Source: an uncultured Verrucomicrobiae bacterium (GTDB taxonomy: Bacteria; Verrucomicrobiota; Verrucomicrobiia; Chthoniobacterales; UBA10450). Taken from it: 64,000 nucleotides of DNA. Positions 24,826 through 35,931 of the stretch are shown here, one piece after another. Under the pieces are notes generated by a model. The model worked only from the letters and a program-made list of their open reading frames with translations, was not told the origin of the DNA and ran no database searches. The stretch lies in NCBI GenBank assembly GCA_963834385.1, contig CAWIBO010000005.1:736001-800000 (forward strand). The letters run 5' to 3'. The first letter of the stretch is position 1. Every line of letters starts with the position of its first letter. The position numbers and the translations under genes are program-made.

Positions 24826-26347
24826 ATGCTCGCCACCGATCATCTCGACACCCAGCCATCCGCGCCGATGGCCGTCGAGCCGATCCCGCCTCCTGCGCCG
24901 GTCCGGCCGGCCCCGGCCCCGACCCAAAGCCGCTGGCGCCGGTTCGCCCGCACCGCTGTCCGGCAGGACTGGTCCGCGCCGGCCCTTTGCCTCCTGATCG
25001 ACGTCGGCCTTTGGAGCGTGATCTACGGCACGACCGCCTACGTCCGCGGCGATTCCTTTTATTCCACGCCGCTCCAGTTTGCGGTCATCAACCTGATCCC
25101 GCTCGCGGTTCTCTTTGCCGCCCTTTTCATCATTGGCGGATACGATCGCCGGACCCCGATGCGCAGCCTGGTCTATACCAGCGAACACATCCTGGCCATG
25201 ATCACGGCGGCCGTCGTCTCCTCCCTCCTGATTTACGCCGCCGCCGCTTACGACCAGCAGATGCGTCCCAGCCGCGGCGCCCTGCTTGATCAGCTTCATC
25301 CTCTTTTCTCCGCTCTCCCTCATCTACCGCCGGATCATCTGGCGGTATCTCGCGGTCTCGACCGCCAACCGCGCGTTTCTGGTCATCGGCGCGGGCGAAC
25401 TGGCTGCTTCGTTTTATCGGGCCTACAAAACCTCGCCCAACCGCCAGCGACTCGAGTTCGTCGCGCTCGAACGCGACCGGGTGGGCGAACCGATCTTTGG
25501 GCCCGGGTCACCGATCATCGAGGGCGACCTCGCGACCAAGCTGGAACGGCTCGACTCCCAGTATAGCGGCGTGATTCTGGCGGAAGCGGTCGATCGCCTC
25601 AGCCCGAAGCTGCTGGATCGTTTGGTCCGGACCCAGTTTCATTCCACCCGGGTTTACACCATGGAATCGTTTTACGAGGCGCACTGGCGACACGTCCCGG
25701 TGCAGGCGCTTGACCCGTTCTGGCCGTTGCAGACCGGGTTCCAGCTCGCCAGCATCTCGCCTTATCATTACGTGAAACGCCTCTTCGACATCCTCCTCAC
25801 CGGCCTATTGCTGGTCGTGTGTGCCCCGGTCATGGCCTTGATCGCCGTTGCCATCTGGCTTGAGACCGGCCGGCCGATCATCTTTCGTCAGACCCGGCTG
25901 GGGCGCGAGGAGCTGCCCTTCAGCGCCCTGAAGTTCCGGACCATGTTTTTGCGGACGGGGGAAGAAGCCGGGGAAGACATTTACACCCGGCAAAACGATC
26001 CGCGGATCACCCGGGTGGGCCGGCTCCTGCGCAAGCTGCGTCTGGACGAACTGCCGCAGCTTTGGAACGTGTTCCGGGGCGAGATGAGCCTGATCGGTCC
26101 CCGGGCCGAGTGGGACCGTTGCGCCGAGCGTTACGCCGCCGTGATCCCGTTCTATCATTTCCGGCACCTGGTAAAGCCGGGGATCACCGGCTGGGCCCAG
26201 GTCAATTATCCGTATGGCGAAAGCGACGCCGACGCGATCGAGAAACTAAAGTTCGACCTCTACTACATCCGCCACTACTCCCTGAAGCTCGATCTCATGA
26301 TCGTCCTGAAAACGATTCACACCGTCCTTTTCGGAAAAGGAAGGTGA
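24826..26347 (+). CDS. Priming polyprenyl glycosylphosphotransferase (sugar transferase); frameshift near 25285
   Basis: [38 protein letters not shown] and DLYYI motifs. Confidence 0.92.
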
Positions 26348-26585
26348 GGTTTAAGAGTTAAGTTTTAGGTTTTAAGGGTTCAGGGTTCAGGACCACGGCA
26401 GTTCACCAAAGCTTAAGCCATGCGGCTGCCAATTTCAGCATTTCAGTTGTCAGCGTTTCAGCATTTTCTTCTTACTTCCGACTGCTCCGCAGTCCGTCTT
26501 CCCAATAACCAATAACCAATAACCAGTTCACCGCGCCGTCCCGGCGCCCCCCGACCTCCGATCTCCGATCTCCGACTTCCGAATG
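26348..26585. repeat. Mosaic heptamer/hairpin junction
   Basis: GTTTAAG/GGTTCAG tract, (TTTCAGC)n, ACTGC-TCC-GCAGT hairpin, (TAACCAA)n and 17-mer at 26531. Confidence 0.88.
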
Positions 26586-26769
26586 CCCCCGCAGTTTCTC
26601 TTCACAGAGCCGAAGCGAAAGCAGCAGCTCCGCGATGACGCGTTGCGCGACATAAAACCAGCCGCGCCAGCCATCGAGAATGAGGCCGCGCCCGAACAAG
26701 AGGTAAAGAAACATCACCGGCGGCGCCAAAACGATTTTCAACCGCAACCGATCCTGCAGGCTCAGCGGT
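26586..26769 (-). pseudogene. Orphan 3' fragment (~60 codons) paralogous to the GT2 gene at 30198-30986
   Basis: DRLRLKIVLAPPVMFLYLLFGRGLILDGWRGWFYVAQRVIAELLLSLRLCEEKLR versus DRLRKKVFLAPPVMFLYLLFVKGLALDGWSGWFYVVQRVIAELFLSLRLCEAKLR. Confidence 0.9.
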
Positions 26770-26799
26770 TCCGCATTCTCCTTTCCGCCTTCTTCTCGC

Positions 26800-26886
26800 T
26801 CCCGGCTCCGCGCCCCGTGCTCCGCGCCCCGCGCCCCGTGCTCCGTGCTCCGTGCTCCGTGCTCCGTGCTCCGTGCTCCCTGCTCC
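26800..26886. repeat. (GCTCCGT)n heptamer tract
   Basis: About 11 degenerate copies; the same unit recurs at 57901-58030. Confidence 0.9.
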
Positions 26887-26894
26887 AAACGACA

Positions 26895-27104
26895 TCACTT
26901 CGTGAGCAGATCATTGAAGATATCATCGCCCGGATTATCCCAGACGTTCGCAAGCGATTCTTCTGATACCCTCAGCCATGCCGCACGCGAAGTATCTGCG
27001 TCCGCGGGTTCAACCGTCGACAACACTAGAGTGTCATCCGGGAGCGGAAGCGGTTCTTTCAAAATGAGTTTCCCTTCCAGATATTGCGCTTCCACCGTCG
27101 TCAC
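26895..27104 (-). CDS. Solo antitoxin-like protein (AF2212/DUF104-like N-terminus)
   Basis: TVEAQYLEGKLILKEPLPLPD..V and SEESLANVWDNPGDDIFN; no partner toxin adjacent. Confidence 0.6.
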   Translation of the reverse strand: MTTVEAQYLEGKLILKEPLPLPDDTLVLSTVEPADADTSRAAWLRVSEESLANVWDNPGDDIFNDLLTK

Positions 27105-28962
27105 GAGACAAACAATAATGCTGGCGGACCATAGCCAGCAAGTTTTTCCCTGACGGACCCAGCCGTGCCCCCAGCGAATGCCGGGCAATAAAGTTGTCGA
27201 GGGCAAAAAGGCACCACGATCGATACCAGCTTTTTAGCGGCACCGGGCTTCGCTCACCAATCTTCTTGAAAATATCGTCCCACTCTCCTGTCACCCACTC
27301 CTGGAACGGAAAAGTGAACCCCTGCTTGGGACGATTCCGAACCCATTCGGGAATCTCTGGCACAGCATCAAGCACAAGCTTTTTTCCGCGGGCCAGCCTG
27401 ACTGCCGCCGGGATGGATTCGATCGCCTCGACCAGACGGCTGTCCACGAACGGCACCCGCAGCTCCAGGCTCCAGGCCATGCTCATAACGTCGCTGTCGC
27501 GCAGGAGCTGGTTTCGAATATACCGCCCAATCTCCACATAACTGACCTCATCCTCGATCGTTGGCTGGCTGGGGACATGAAACCCTGCCTGGATGGGACG
27601 GCCCAGTTCTTCACAGCCGTAATACGGGAGCAGCGCGCTAACCTCGGCCGGAGTGAAAATGCCGCGCATGGCCCAGTAGGCCGACGCCGTCAGGGGGGCG
27701 TCGCGCAGGAAATGCCCGAGGCGCGCCGTTCGGGGGGAGACGTGGAGGGCTTGCAACAATCGGCCGGCTCCCATCTTCAGAGGCCAGATCGGGGTCAGGG
27801 CGCGGCTGGCGCGGACCAGCTTTGGCACGGTCTGGAATGATTGATAGCCGCCAAACAGCTCGTCTCCGCCGAGGCCGGAAAGCACTACTTTCAGCCCCTG
27901 CTCGTGAGCAAGTTTAGCAACGCAGAAAGTATTAAATCCGTCGATGCTCGGCTGATCCGAGACCGCCAGGAATTTAGCCAGGAGCGATTTTGCCGTAGCC
28001 GAATCCAGCTCCCAGTCGACATGGTCAGTCCCGAAATGGCGCGCGGTGCGGGCCGCCACCTTTCCCTCATTGATCGATTGGTCGGCAAAAGATATGCAAA
28101 ATGTCTTTAACTGCGTGCTCTGCCGGGCGGAACTGAGCGCAACCATCGCAGTGGAGTCGATTCCTCCGCTCAAGAAAATCCCGACCGGCACATCGCTCAC
28201 CAAATGGCGCGCGACCGATTCTTCCAGCGCCTGCCGAACCCGTGGCGGACTCTCTTCGGCCGGAATGCCCCCATCGGAAAACCGGATGTCCCAGTATTTG
28301 CGCAGCGTCGTCTGACCACGACGCCAGACCAGGTAATGGCCCGGCGAAAGCGCTCGGACGCCTTCAACCAGCGTCAGAGGCTCCTGCACCGCTCCGAAAA
28401 GCAGGTAGCCGGAAACGGCTTCGGGCGATAAACTGAGCGGCACCAGGCCCGAACGAATAAGCGCGTTAACTTCCGAAGCGAAAATCAGGGCGCCATTCCG
28501 GTCAGTGTAATAGAGGGGCTTCACCCCGAGAGGGTCGCGCGCCAGGAAACAGGATTGCTCCGCTGCGTCCCAGATCGCGACCGCGAACATCCCCGCAAGT
28601 TCCCGGACAAACTCCGGGCCGTCGCGCTGGAACATCCGCAGAACTACCTCCGTGTCGGAATGCGACTCGAACTGCTCGCCTTTCGCTTCCAGTTCGCCGC
28701 GCAGCGCCTTGAAATTGTATATCTCCCCATTGAAAACGATCCGGTAACGCCCGTCGCGCGAGCTCATCGGTTGATGACCGGCGTGCGATAAATCGAGAAT
28801 CGCCAGACGGGTATTCACCAGCCCGGCCAGTCCATCCTCCGACTGGAACACGCCGGAATCATCCGGCCCCCGATGACGGAGGTCCCCTTCCATTTGCGCG
28901 AGGGCCCGCGCCACTCGCCGCGGCTCCGAGGTTGTCCCAATCGCTCCGGCGATCCCGCACAT
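27034..28962 (-). CDS. asnB: Asparagine synthase (glutamine-hydrolysing)-family amidotransferase; true end probably near 27150
   Basis: MCGIAG, HRGPD, FNGEIYN, LSGGIDS, SGLGGDELFGGY and ELRVPF motifs. Confidence 0.92.
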   Translation of the reverse strand: MCGIAGAIGTTSEPRRVARALAQMEGDLRHRGPDDSGVFQSEDGLAGLVNTRLAILDLSHAGHQPMSSRDGRYRIVFNGEIYNFKALRGELEAKGEQFESHSDTEVVLRMFQRDGPEFVRELAGMFAVAIWDAAEQSCFLARDPLGVKPLYYTDRNGALIFASEVNALIRSGLVPLSLSPEAVSGYLLFGAVQEPLTLVEGVRALSPGHYLVWRRGQTTLRKYWDIRFSDGGIPAEESPPRVRQALEESVARHLVSDVPVGIFLSGGIDSTAMVALSSARQSTQLKTFCISFADQSINEGKVAARTARHFGTDHVDWELDSATAKSLLAKFLAVSDQPSIDGFNTFCVAKLAHEQGLKVVLSGLGGDELFGGYQSFQTVPKLVRASRALTPIWPLKMGAGRLLQALHVSPRTARLGHFLRDAPLTASAYWAMRGIFTPAEVSALLPYYGCEELGRPIQAGFHVPSQPTIEDEVSYVEIGRYIRNQLLRDSDVMSMAWSLELRVPFVDSRLVEAIESIPAAVRLARGKKLVLDAVPEIPEWVRNRPKQGFTFPFQEWVTGEWDDIFKKIGERSPVPLKSWYRSWCLFALDNFIARHSLGARLGPSGKNLLAMVRQHYCLSRDDGGSAISGRETHFERTASAPG

Positions 28963-28965
28963 GAC

Positions 28966-30114
28966 CTAGGTGCCGCCTCCTTTCCGGAGCTGAGCCACCC
29001 TTTGGATCAACTGCCGCAGATTCTCCCTGAATCGATCGTAATCATACGCCTCGCATACTCGGCGGCGCAGTTCGGTGGGATCCTGGAGGACCGCCAGCGG
29101 ATGGGCCCCTCGCAGAATGGCGATAACCTGCTGTCCCAGTTCGTCGACGCTGTCGGGATCGATCAGCGCGCCGATCGCGCCCCCCAGGAGAGCGTCGACC
29201 GATCCATCCTTGTTCCCGGCCAGGACCGGTTTCCCGCAGGCCAGCGCTTCCAGAAAAACGATTCCGAACCCTTCCCCTTTGCTCGGCATGGCGAAGAGAT
29301 CGCAAAGATTATAATGATCGCAAAGTTCGTGCTCCGGAATGTAGCCGGCGAGCGTGACCTGTTTGCTCACGCCTGCCTCGTCGATCAGCCTCTCCACCCG
29401 CCCCCGATCGGGTCCCTGCCCGCCAAGAATGTAGCGGATATCGGGGAAAGCATCGCGAATCGACGGCAGGGCCTGCAGCACCTGATCGTAACCCTTGTAA
29501 CGCTCGGCGCTGGCCAGACGGGCGATGGTCAGGATCACAGGCTGTTCCGGGGAAAGCCCGTAGCGTTTAAGAAGAAAGCGCGGCTTGGGACCCGGCACGA
29601 AATGACGGGAATCAAAGGTGTTTGGCAGAAGATTGATGGAATCTTCTATACGTCCGATCACCTCGGTCATCCGCCCCCGTGTGAACTCGCTCACGGCCGC
29701 CAGGCCGGGTGCTTCCTGCAAGGCACGGCGGACAGACTGGCGCGGGATGTCCCAGACTTCGATGCCGTGTCCGATGGCAAGGTAAGGAATTCCAAACCAC
29801 GTCCATAACGTTCGCGCCACCGGCGCGAAATTCACATGCGTCGTCAGAATCACGGTGGGCCGCAGCCGGACACCAGCCATTATAAGGCGGCCGGCGAAAG
29901 CCGCGGTTCGCAGAGACGCCGGCCACCAGCCTAGGGGTGTAAAACTGGTGGCCACATCATCATTCGGCGCTGGAAAACAGGTGTCGTTCTTCGAAAACAC
30001 ATGGACTTCAGCGTCCGGAAAAGCTTCGGCCAGCGCACGGATGGCAAAGCGGGAGAACGTCTGAATCCCACCCGTAGCCGAGGCATATTCCGGAACCCAG
30101 ACATGAATTCTCAC
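28966..30114 (-). CDS. Glycosyltransferase family 4
   Basis: GGIQ, RYKGYD and EGFGIVFLEALACGKPV motifs. Confidence 0.9.
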   Translation of the reverse strand: MRIHVWVPEYASATGGIQTFSRFAIRALAEAFPDAEVHVFSKNDTCFPAPNDDVATSFTPLGWWPASLRTAAFAGRLIMAGVRLRPTVILTTHVNFAPVARTLWTWFGIPYLAIGHGIEVWDIPRQSVRRALQEAPGLAAVSEFTRGRMTEVIGRIEDSINLLPNTFDSRHFVPGPKPRFLLKRYGLSPEQPVILTIARLASAERYKGYDQVLQALPSIRDAFPDIRYILGGQGPDRGRVERLIDEAGVSKQVTLAGYIPEHELCDHYNLCDLFAMPSKGEGFGIVFLEALACGKPVLAGNKDGSVDALLGGAIGALIDPDSVDELGQQVIAILRGAHPLAVLQDPTELRRRVCEAYDYDRFRENLRQLIQRVAQLRKGGGT

Positions 30115-30197
30115 CCGCTTGTCTTAAGGGCACCTCGCGATCGCTGAAAGCTCCTTTTTCCTGCCGCCCCTTTTCAGCTTCTCAGGTTGTCAGCTTT

Positions 30198-30986
30198 TCA
30201 GCGTTTTGTGTCGCCGTCCTCCGAACTGCTTCGCAGTTTCGCTTCACAAAGCCGAAGAGAGAGGAAAAGTTCTGCGATCACGCGTTGCACCACATAAAAC
30301 CACCCGGACCAGCCGTCTAAAGCCAACCCTTTGACGAAAAGCAGGTAAAGGAACATCACCGGCGGCGCCAGGAAGACTTTCTTTCTTAACCGATCGGCAA
30401 AGTTAAGGGCGGCATCTGAGGTCTGCAGTAAATGGGCCACCTCGATCTGGGCATACCGATCCTGAGCTGCGAGCCAGCGCGTTAAAGGTTTTCGATCGTC
30501 GTGGACAATTTCTCCGGTCAAGCGCGCAACTTCGCCGGTAATAACGAGCCTTTGGGTGTGCCCATCATCAACGTAATGGGCGCCCTCACGTCGAAAAAGG
30601 ACAATGTGAGCGGGATAGACTGACGTTCGGAGATTTCTGCTAAAGATCCTAAACTGAAAGCAAGCAGAGTAACCATTCGCCGTTGCAGGTATCAGATCCT
30701 GAATTTCCCTCGCCAACGCCGCTGTAACCTCGTAATCCGCATCGAGCGCGAGGACCCAACTAGTTGAAATCTGTCCTAGCCCAAAATTCCACTGCGCCGC
30801 GTGCGTGTCAAAATCACGTGAAATCGCGATGACGCCGGGATGACACTCTCTTGCTCTCTGTATCGTGTCGTCGGTACTGAAACTATCGATGATGACAATT
30901 TTTTCCAGCCAATGCAGAGCCCTTACCGTGCGTTCAATATTCTCGTTCTCATTATAAGTCAGAATGAGCGCGGTTATTGATAGCAT
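30198..30986 (-). CDS. Glycosyltransferase family 2
   Basis: ILTYNE, DSFSTD and LDAD motifs. Confidence 0.9.
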   Translation of the reverse strand: MLSITALILTYNENENIERTVRALHWLEKIVIIDSFSTDDTIQRARECHPGVIAISRDFDTHAAQWNFGLGQISTSWVLALDADYEVTAALAREIQDLIPATANGYSACFQFRIFSRNLRTSVYPAHIVLFRREGAHYVDDGHTQRLVITGEVARLTGEIVHDDRKPLTRWLAAQDRYAQIEVAHLLQTSDAALNFADRLRKKVFLAPPVMFLYLLFVKGLALDGWSGWFYVVQRVIAELFLSLRLCEAKLRSSSEDGDTKR

Positions 30987-30991
30987 ATCAA

Positions 30992-32176
30992 TTAATTTTG
31001 TTGCAGCGATCGATACAGATCGACGAGCGCGTCGGCCACTGCGCGTCTCGAGTAACACCTTTCTCCCATCTGTCGGCCTCGTTCAGACATCTCAGCGGCC
31101 GCCTTGGGATTTGTCAGTATCCAGTCAATCGCATCAGCAATGGACTCCGGGTTTCGTTCGACGACCATTCCGCCATCCACCGCACGGACCTCACTGCTGA
31201 TTGCTACTTCGGGAGAAATGATCACGGGAATGCCGGCTGAGTAGTGCCTCCGCCGGCGCAATGCCGAAATTCTCGGAGGCAGAAGGCAAGACAAACACTT
31301 TTGCAGCTGCGAAGGCGGCGGCCTTTTCCTCCGGCCGTAAATGACCTGTCCACACGATGTGCCCCTCCAGAAACTGTTTCGTAACGAGTCTTTTCAGCTC
31401 GGTGACAAACGATTCCTCACCATCGCCGGCAATGACAAGCAATAAGGCAGGATGCTGATTGAGCAGTTTACCCAACGCTTCCAGCAAAAGCTCAATCCCT
31501 TTCTTCCGATCGATTCGGGAGAGGAACAGGATTACATCCCGATGCGTGACACCAGGAAAGCAATTACTGAAGGCCGCTGGCCCGGCTCTTTTAGGCACAG
31601 CCACCGGCAGAGGAATGATAGCTGTGCGCTTCACTGCGACCTCACGCCCAACATCAAGTGCTTCAGCCGCCTCCGCCTCCGACGTAAAATGCAGGGCGGC
31701 AGCTCCGCGAATCATTGGAAGCTCGACAACCTTTAGAGAAAGCTTTTTTGACCAAGCCCGCCGATTTGCCAAGCCCCATCGATTCAGGACACCAAGCGGC
31801 CGAATAATATAGGGAACGCCCGCTCGCCATGCAGCAGCAGCAGCAGCCGTGCTCAGAAATGAAAACACGGCATGAATGTGAATTACATCATACTCTCGCG
31901 CATGCGTCCGGAGCCAAAACGCCGCGCCGATCGAAATCTTGTATCGCAAGACGTTGCGCGGGAAGTACACGAAGTTGACGCCATCTTCCCGGATATGCTG
32001 GCCAAGTGGAACGGTCTCAGCCTGCCGTCAGGGCCGTTATCATCAGTCGTCAGAATTGTGACAGTGACACCGTCGCTTGCCAAGGCGCTGCAGATAGCCT
32101 TCACAGCGAACGTCGGGCCACCCTGGTGACACGAAACGGATGGGATGACGTGAAGAATCTTGAGGGTCGGCTCCAT
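30992..32176 (-). CDS. Glycosyltransferase family 4; frameshifted
   Basis: KILHVIPS..GGP, FLSRIDRKKG and ENFGIAPAEAL across three ORFs. Confidence 0.85.
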
Positions 32177-32196
32177 TCACAAGAGGAAAGAAAGAG

Positions 32197-33563
32197 TCAC
32201 GCTTGCATAGTCGCCTCGGCCCCCGTCGTTGGTTCATCAAAACTCCGCTGTGCAGAAGCACCCAGTTCCTCGTTCCAGCGTGGAAACAAACGTTGGATGA
32301 ACATACCGACCGAAGCAGCTGTCAACGCTCCTGCAACGAGAGACGGAATTACGACATCCATGCGCTGTCCCCCGCTACTAATCGTAAGCAGGACAGACGC
32401 GACGAAGAGCCTTATACTCAGAGTTGTGCGAACCGTGATGAAATACCATTCAAGCCGTGCAATCAAATAACCCACAACAAAAAGACCAATCACCACACCA
32501 CTCACTCCCCAGTTCGCGTAGAACTCGAAGGGAACGGCAACCCAATCGACGTTTCGTCTTCAATGGGGCGCTGTAACCCCGTATACTTGCTCACAAACGC
32601 GCTCCCGCCCGCGACCGTTGGTTTGCCTGGCCAAAACACTCGGGGAACCAGGGCGATCGAAGCATCGAGGAAGGTTTGGCCATAAGCGAACGGCTCAAAC
32701 TGCGGCTGATATAATCGCTGGAAGGCAAGAATGTCACTCATATCAATCCGATCTCGGAGCCTTTCGTTAACCGATTCGGGTGCAAAGCTCGCGGCGGAAG
32801 CATGCTCCACCATATCCCCCGCCAATTCTGCTGCCGCACCCGCGAACGACCGTTCGACAAATTCTCCTTCACGGATCTTGGCACGACTACCCATCCATCC
32901 GGCAAACATAAGGTAAAAGACAATAGCTGAAGCGGCAAGAATGATGGCACTCCGAAACGTTACACGTCTCCAACCAGCTACAATGCAGGCAATCGGTAGG
33001 AGTAAATCAACTTTTGCCGGCGTATGTCCGGTGGCCAGCGCGCCCGCGAACGCGATTGGGATATAGATCAATGCGCATCCTGCCACGAAGTTCCAAGATC
33101 GACGAATAACCGCGTCGAGCACGAAAATCACTAATCCTAGTTCACGAAACCGAGTCAGAAGGTCTAAAGCAGGACCGATTGTGGGTATGGACCATAAAAC
33201 AGCGTTGAACCCTGTCGCGACAATGCCGACGCCAAATAACAGGATCCCCAATTCGCGTGTCGCCCACTGAGGAGTTTCGATTACCACGGGTTTCCTCCAA
33301 GCACGCCAAGCCAAGGCCATCCCAAGCAACATCGCTAGCGACCCGAGAACCGAATAGCGCACCACTTCAGCGTGCCAGAAGCTGAACCAATCAAGCGGAG
33401 CATTAAATAGTCGTGCATGTGAGAATGCCGACATCGTCGCGGCGACTACTTGATAGAAGCACAACCACGATAATCCCAAAAAAAGCGATCCGCGCCTGTG
33501 CGCTAAAATAATCGCGCAAACAAAAACACTAATTACTTGGGCAGTTAACCACTTAGGATCCAT
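32197..33563 (-). CDS. Putative Wzy polymerase (multi-TM); frameshift near 32530
   Basis: More than 9 TM segments; VPRVFWPGKP motif; locus context. Confidence 0.65.
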
Positions 33564-33653
33564 CGAATGCCTCCTGAGCACTGAAAGCGGTGCCGGAGAT
33601 TGGGCATATTACTCCAATTAACCCTCAGGGCGCCATATATTGAGAAGCCACAT

Positions 33654-34334
33654 CTACATTATCCTTTTGACTACCGCCATGGTCTCTTTTTCATCGATGG
33701 TCACAAATCTTGCGTCCAAGACAATCACTTCCCGGTAAAAGCGGGAAGAGTCAGTACGACGCCACGGCTGTGCTGGCGGGACAAGGACGTCGTGAAAACA
33801 TGCTATGCCTCCCACGCCGAGCCTGTCACATACCAACTCCCAATCCGCTTTGATCCCACTCCAAGAGTGATCACCATCGACAAACACGAATTCAAAAACC
33901 GCAGGAATCGTGGTGCCACAAATATGGCTTGTCGTGCGCACTGGAACGACCTTCCCCCCGACGCCTGCGCGGGCAATATGGCGCCTAAAGATGGAAAAAC
34001 ATGGATTCTCGTTACCCCGAGCTTCCGCCCATGGATCCACGCAATAAAGCACCCCGTATGTCGGCATCGCCGACGCGATTCGGACGGCAGACACCCCTTG
34101 GTGGCTCCCAATCTCGAGCGCCACCCCCGCGCGTGCCGCGTGTTTCTCAAGCAATCGAAGCTCCTCTTCACTCGTCTCTGAACTCGCGGAGACCAGATGG
34201 AAACGGTGTAGGACGTTCGCGAGGCGCGGACGGTTTGCAATTCTCCTAGTCAGGTCAAACACTTTCTTGGTCGAAGAAATCCGCGGGCCAGATACCGCCG
34301 GTGATGCTTGAAGGCAACTCCACCCGCGGAACAA
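33654..34334 (-). CDS. Class I SAM methyltransferase (Methyltransf_24-like)
   Basis: LEIGSHQGVS, FVDGDHSW and GGIACFHD motifs. Confidence 0.85.
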   Translation of the reverse strand: MFRGWSCLQASPAVSGPRISSTKKVFDLTRRIANRPRLANVLHRFHLVSASSETSEEELRLLEKHAARAGVALEIGSHQGVSAVRIASAMPTYGVLYCVDPWAEARGNENPCFSIFRRHIARAGVGGKVVPVRTTSHICGTTIPAVFEFVFVDGDHSWSGIKADWELVCDRLGVGGIACFHDVLVPPAQPWRRTDSSRFYREVIVLDARFVTIDEKETMAVVKRIM

Positions 34335-35120
34335 ACTTGTACGGGATTTCCTTAATCCCCGGCACGTATTCTGGAATAGCCACCTCTTGATGCGAGTGCC
34401 TCATCGACTTCCAAAACAGGCGCTGGTCGCTGCCCAACCAGCACCCGTGATGGAAGAAACCCACTGACCAAGGGCACTCCGCGAAACCCCACAGCTGTGA
34501 CGAGAAGTCAGGTAGTCGAAGAAACGCCAGCAATTTGGCCAGCCTTGATTCGTTCCAAGAAACAGTTCTGCGCATCTTGAAAAGAACGCTAGGTTTAACG
34601 AACCCAAAATGACAGAATCTGTACAACGTCCGAGGGCACCCGTCGGTTCCAAGTCTTGACATAGTTGTAGGCGTGCATTCGCAGTCCCCTCGGTCGTTTT
34701 CGAGCCAAAAAATCAATGATGTTGGGTAATGAGTTGGTGTTGTACATCTCGTCAGCGTCTACAATTAGAAAATAATCCGGTGTATCGTGAAACATCTTAA
34801 TCTCACCGGAATCTACCCCATGCGACATAACCTGGCGGTGAGGCTGGCAGGACAATGCCAGCATTTCCTGATTTCTCGCTGCAGCCTCGTCTCGTGATCG
34901 ACGTACCACGAAATGGATCTTTCCAAGGGGATCCGGAAAGCCCAAGACATGCGCGGCGGTAAGGTCAGGCTCTACCGGCTTCCCGGTACCAAGTTCTCGA
35001 TCGTATTGAGTGATGACACTGATGCCCGAGCAAAATGGATATAGAGTCTGAAGCTGATTTTTGATAAAGACTTCCTCGTTAAGTGCGGAGGATGTAGTCA
35101 ATGACAGAACCAAACGCGTC
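34310..35120 (-). CDS. GT-A/GT2-like protein; frameshifted, boundaries approximate
   Basis: ALNEEVFI, IVDADEMY (DxD) and FHHGCW in successive frames. Confidence 0.5.
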
Positions 35121-35129
35121 GTCCCGCAG

Positions 35130-35843
35130 CCGGCGCAAAACCTGACCATGAAACAGCCGGGAAAATGCCGCGCCATAACCGGTAGTGCATAGGTGCGAGG
35201 ATCAGTTCGACGGCGGAATAACTCCGGGTGAATGGCAGTGGATATAAAATGAGTGGGGAAAGGAAGCGGGCGCCGGGAGAACAAGATTATATTCTGAGCA
35301 TAGTAATATGGCACTTCGGGATTCGACCAGACAGACGGGCGAATCGGGTCGTAGGCCGTAAATCCACGCTTCTTGAATTTTTCGATCCAATAGTCCTGGG
35401 GTTGCTCATTGATGTGATCAAACCCCCCCTGGCAAGGGATTGCCGCCGAAAAAAGCACGGTTTCCCCGTGTGTAGTTAAAGACTCGATAAACGAGTCGGC
35501 GCACGCAGCCGGAAGGTGCTCGGCCACCTCCAGACTGACAACCAGATCGAAGCCGGCCAGCCGAAGGTCGTCTCAAATCATGAGCGCTAAAGTCCGTCCT
35601 CGGGATAACCAGCTTATCCAGGGGCACCCAATCCCCGTCTACCCCAAAAATTTCCCTTGCACCTTGATTCTTAAATTCGGCTAACCAAAGGCCGACTCCG
35701 CATCCTACATCCAATACGCTGGCAAACTCAATCTTCTCCCGCACCAAAGGTACAACGATCTGCGCCGCCCGCCGGGCCGGATGATCGGAAGCGTCCATGT
35801 AACCATAACCGGCGGCTAAATGTTCGGCTTTAAGGTTAGTCAT
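35130..35843 (-). CDS. Class I SAM methyltransferase; frameshift near 35570
   Basis: VLDVGCGVG, EVAEHL and FSAAIPCQGG.DHINEQ motifs. Confidence 0.8.
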
Positions 35844-35931
35844 TCTGTCCTAGTTACTCAATCAAGCCAAGCAAATGTGTCACTAGTAGGCCAACGCCCC
35901 CACGAGGAGCTGTTGTAATGTATTCCATCTT

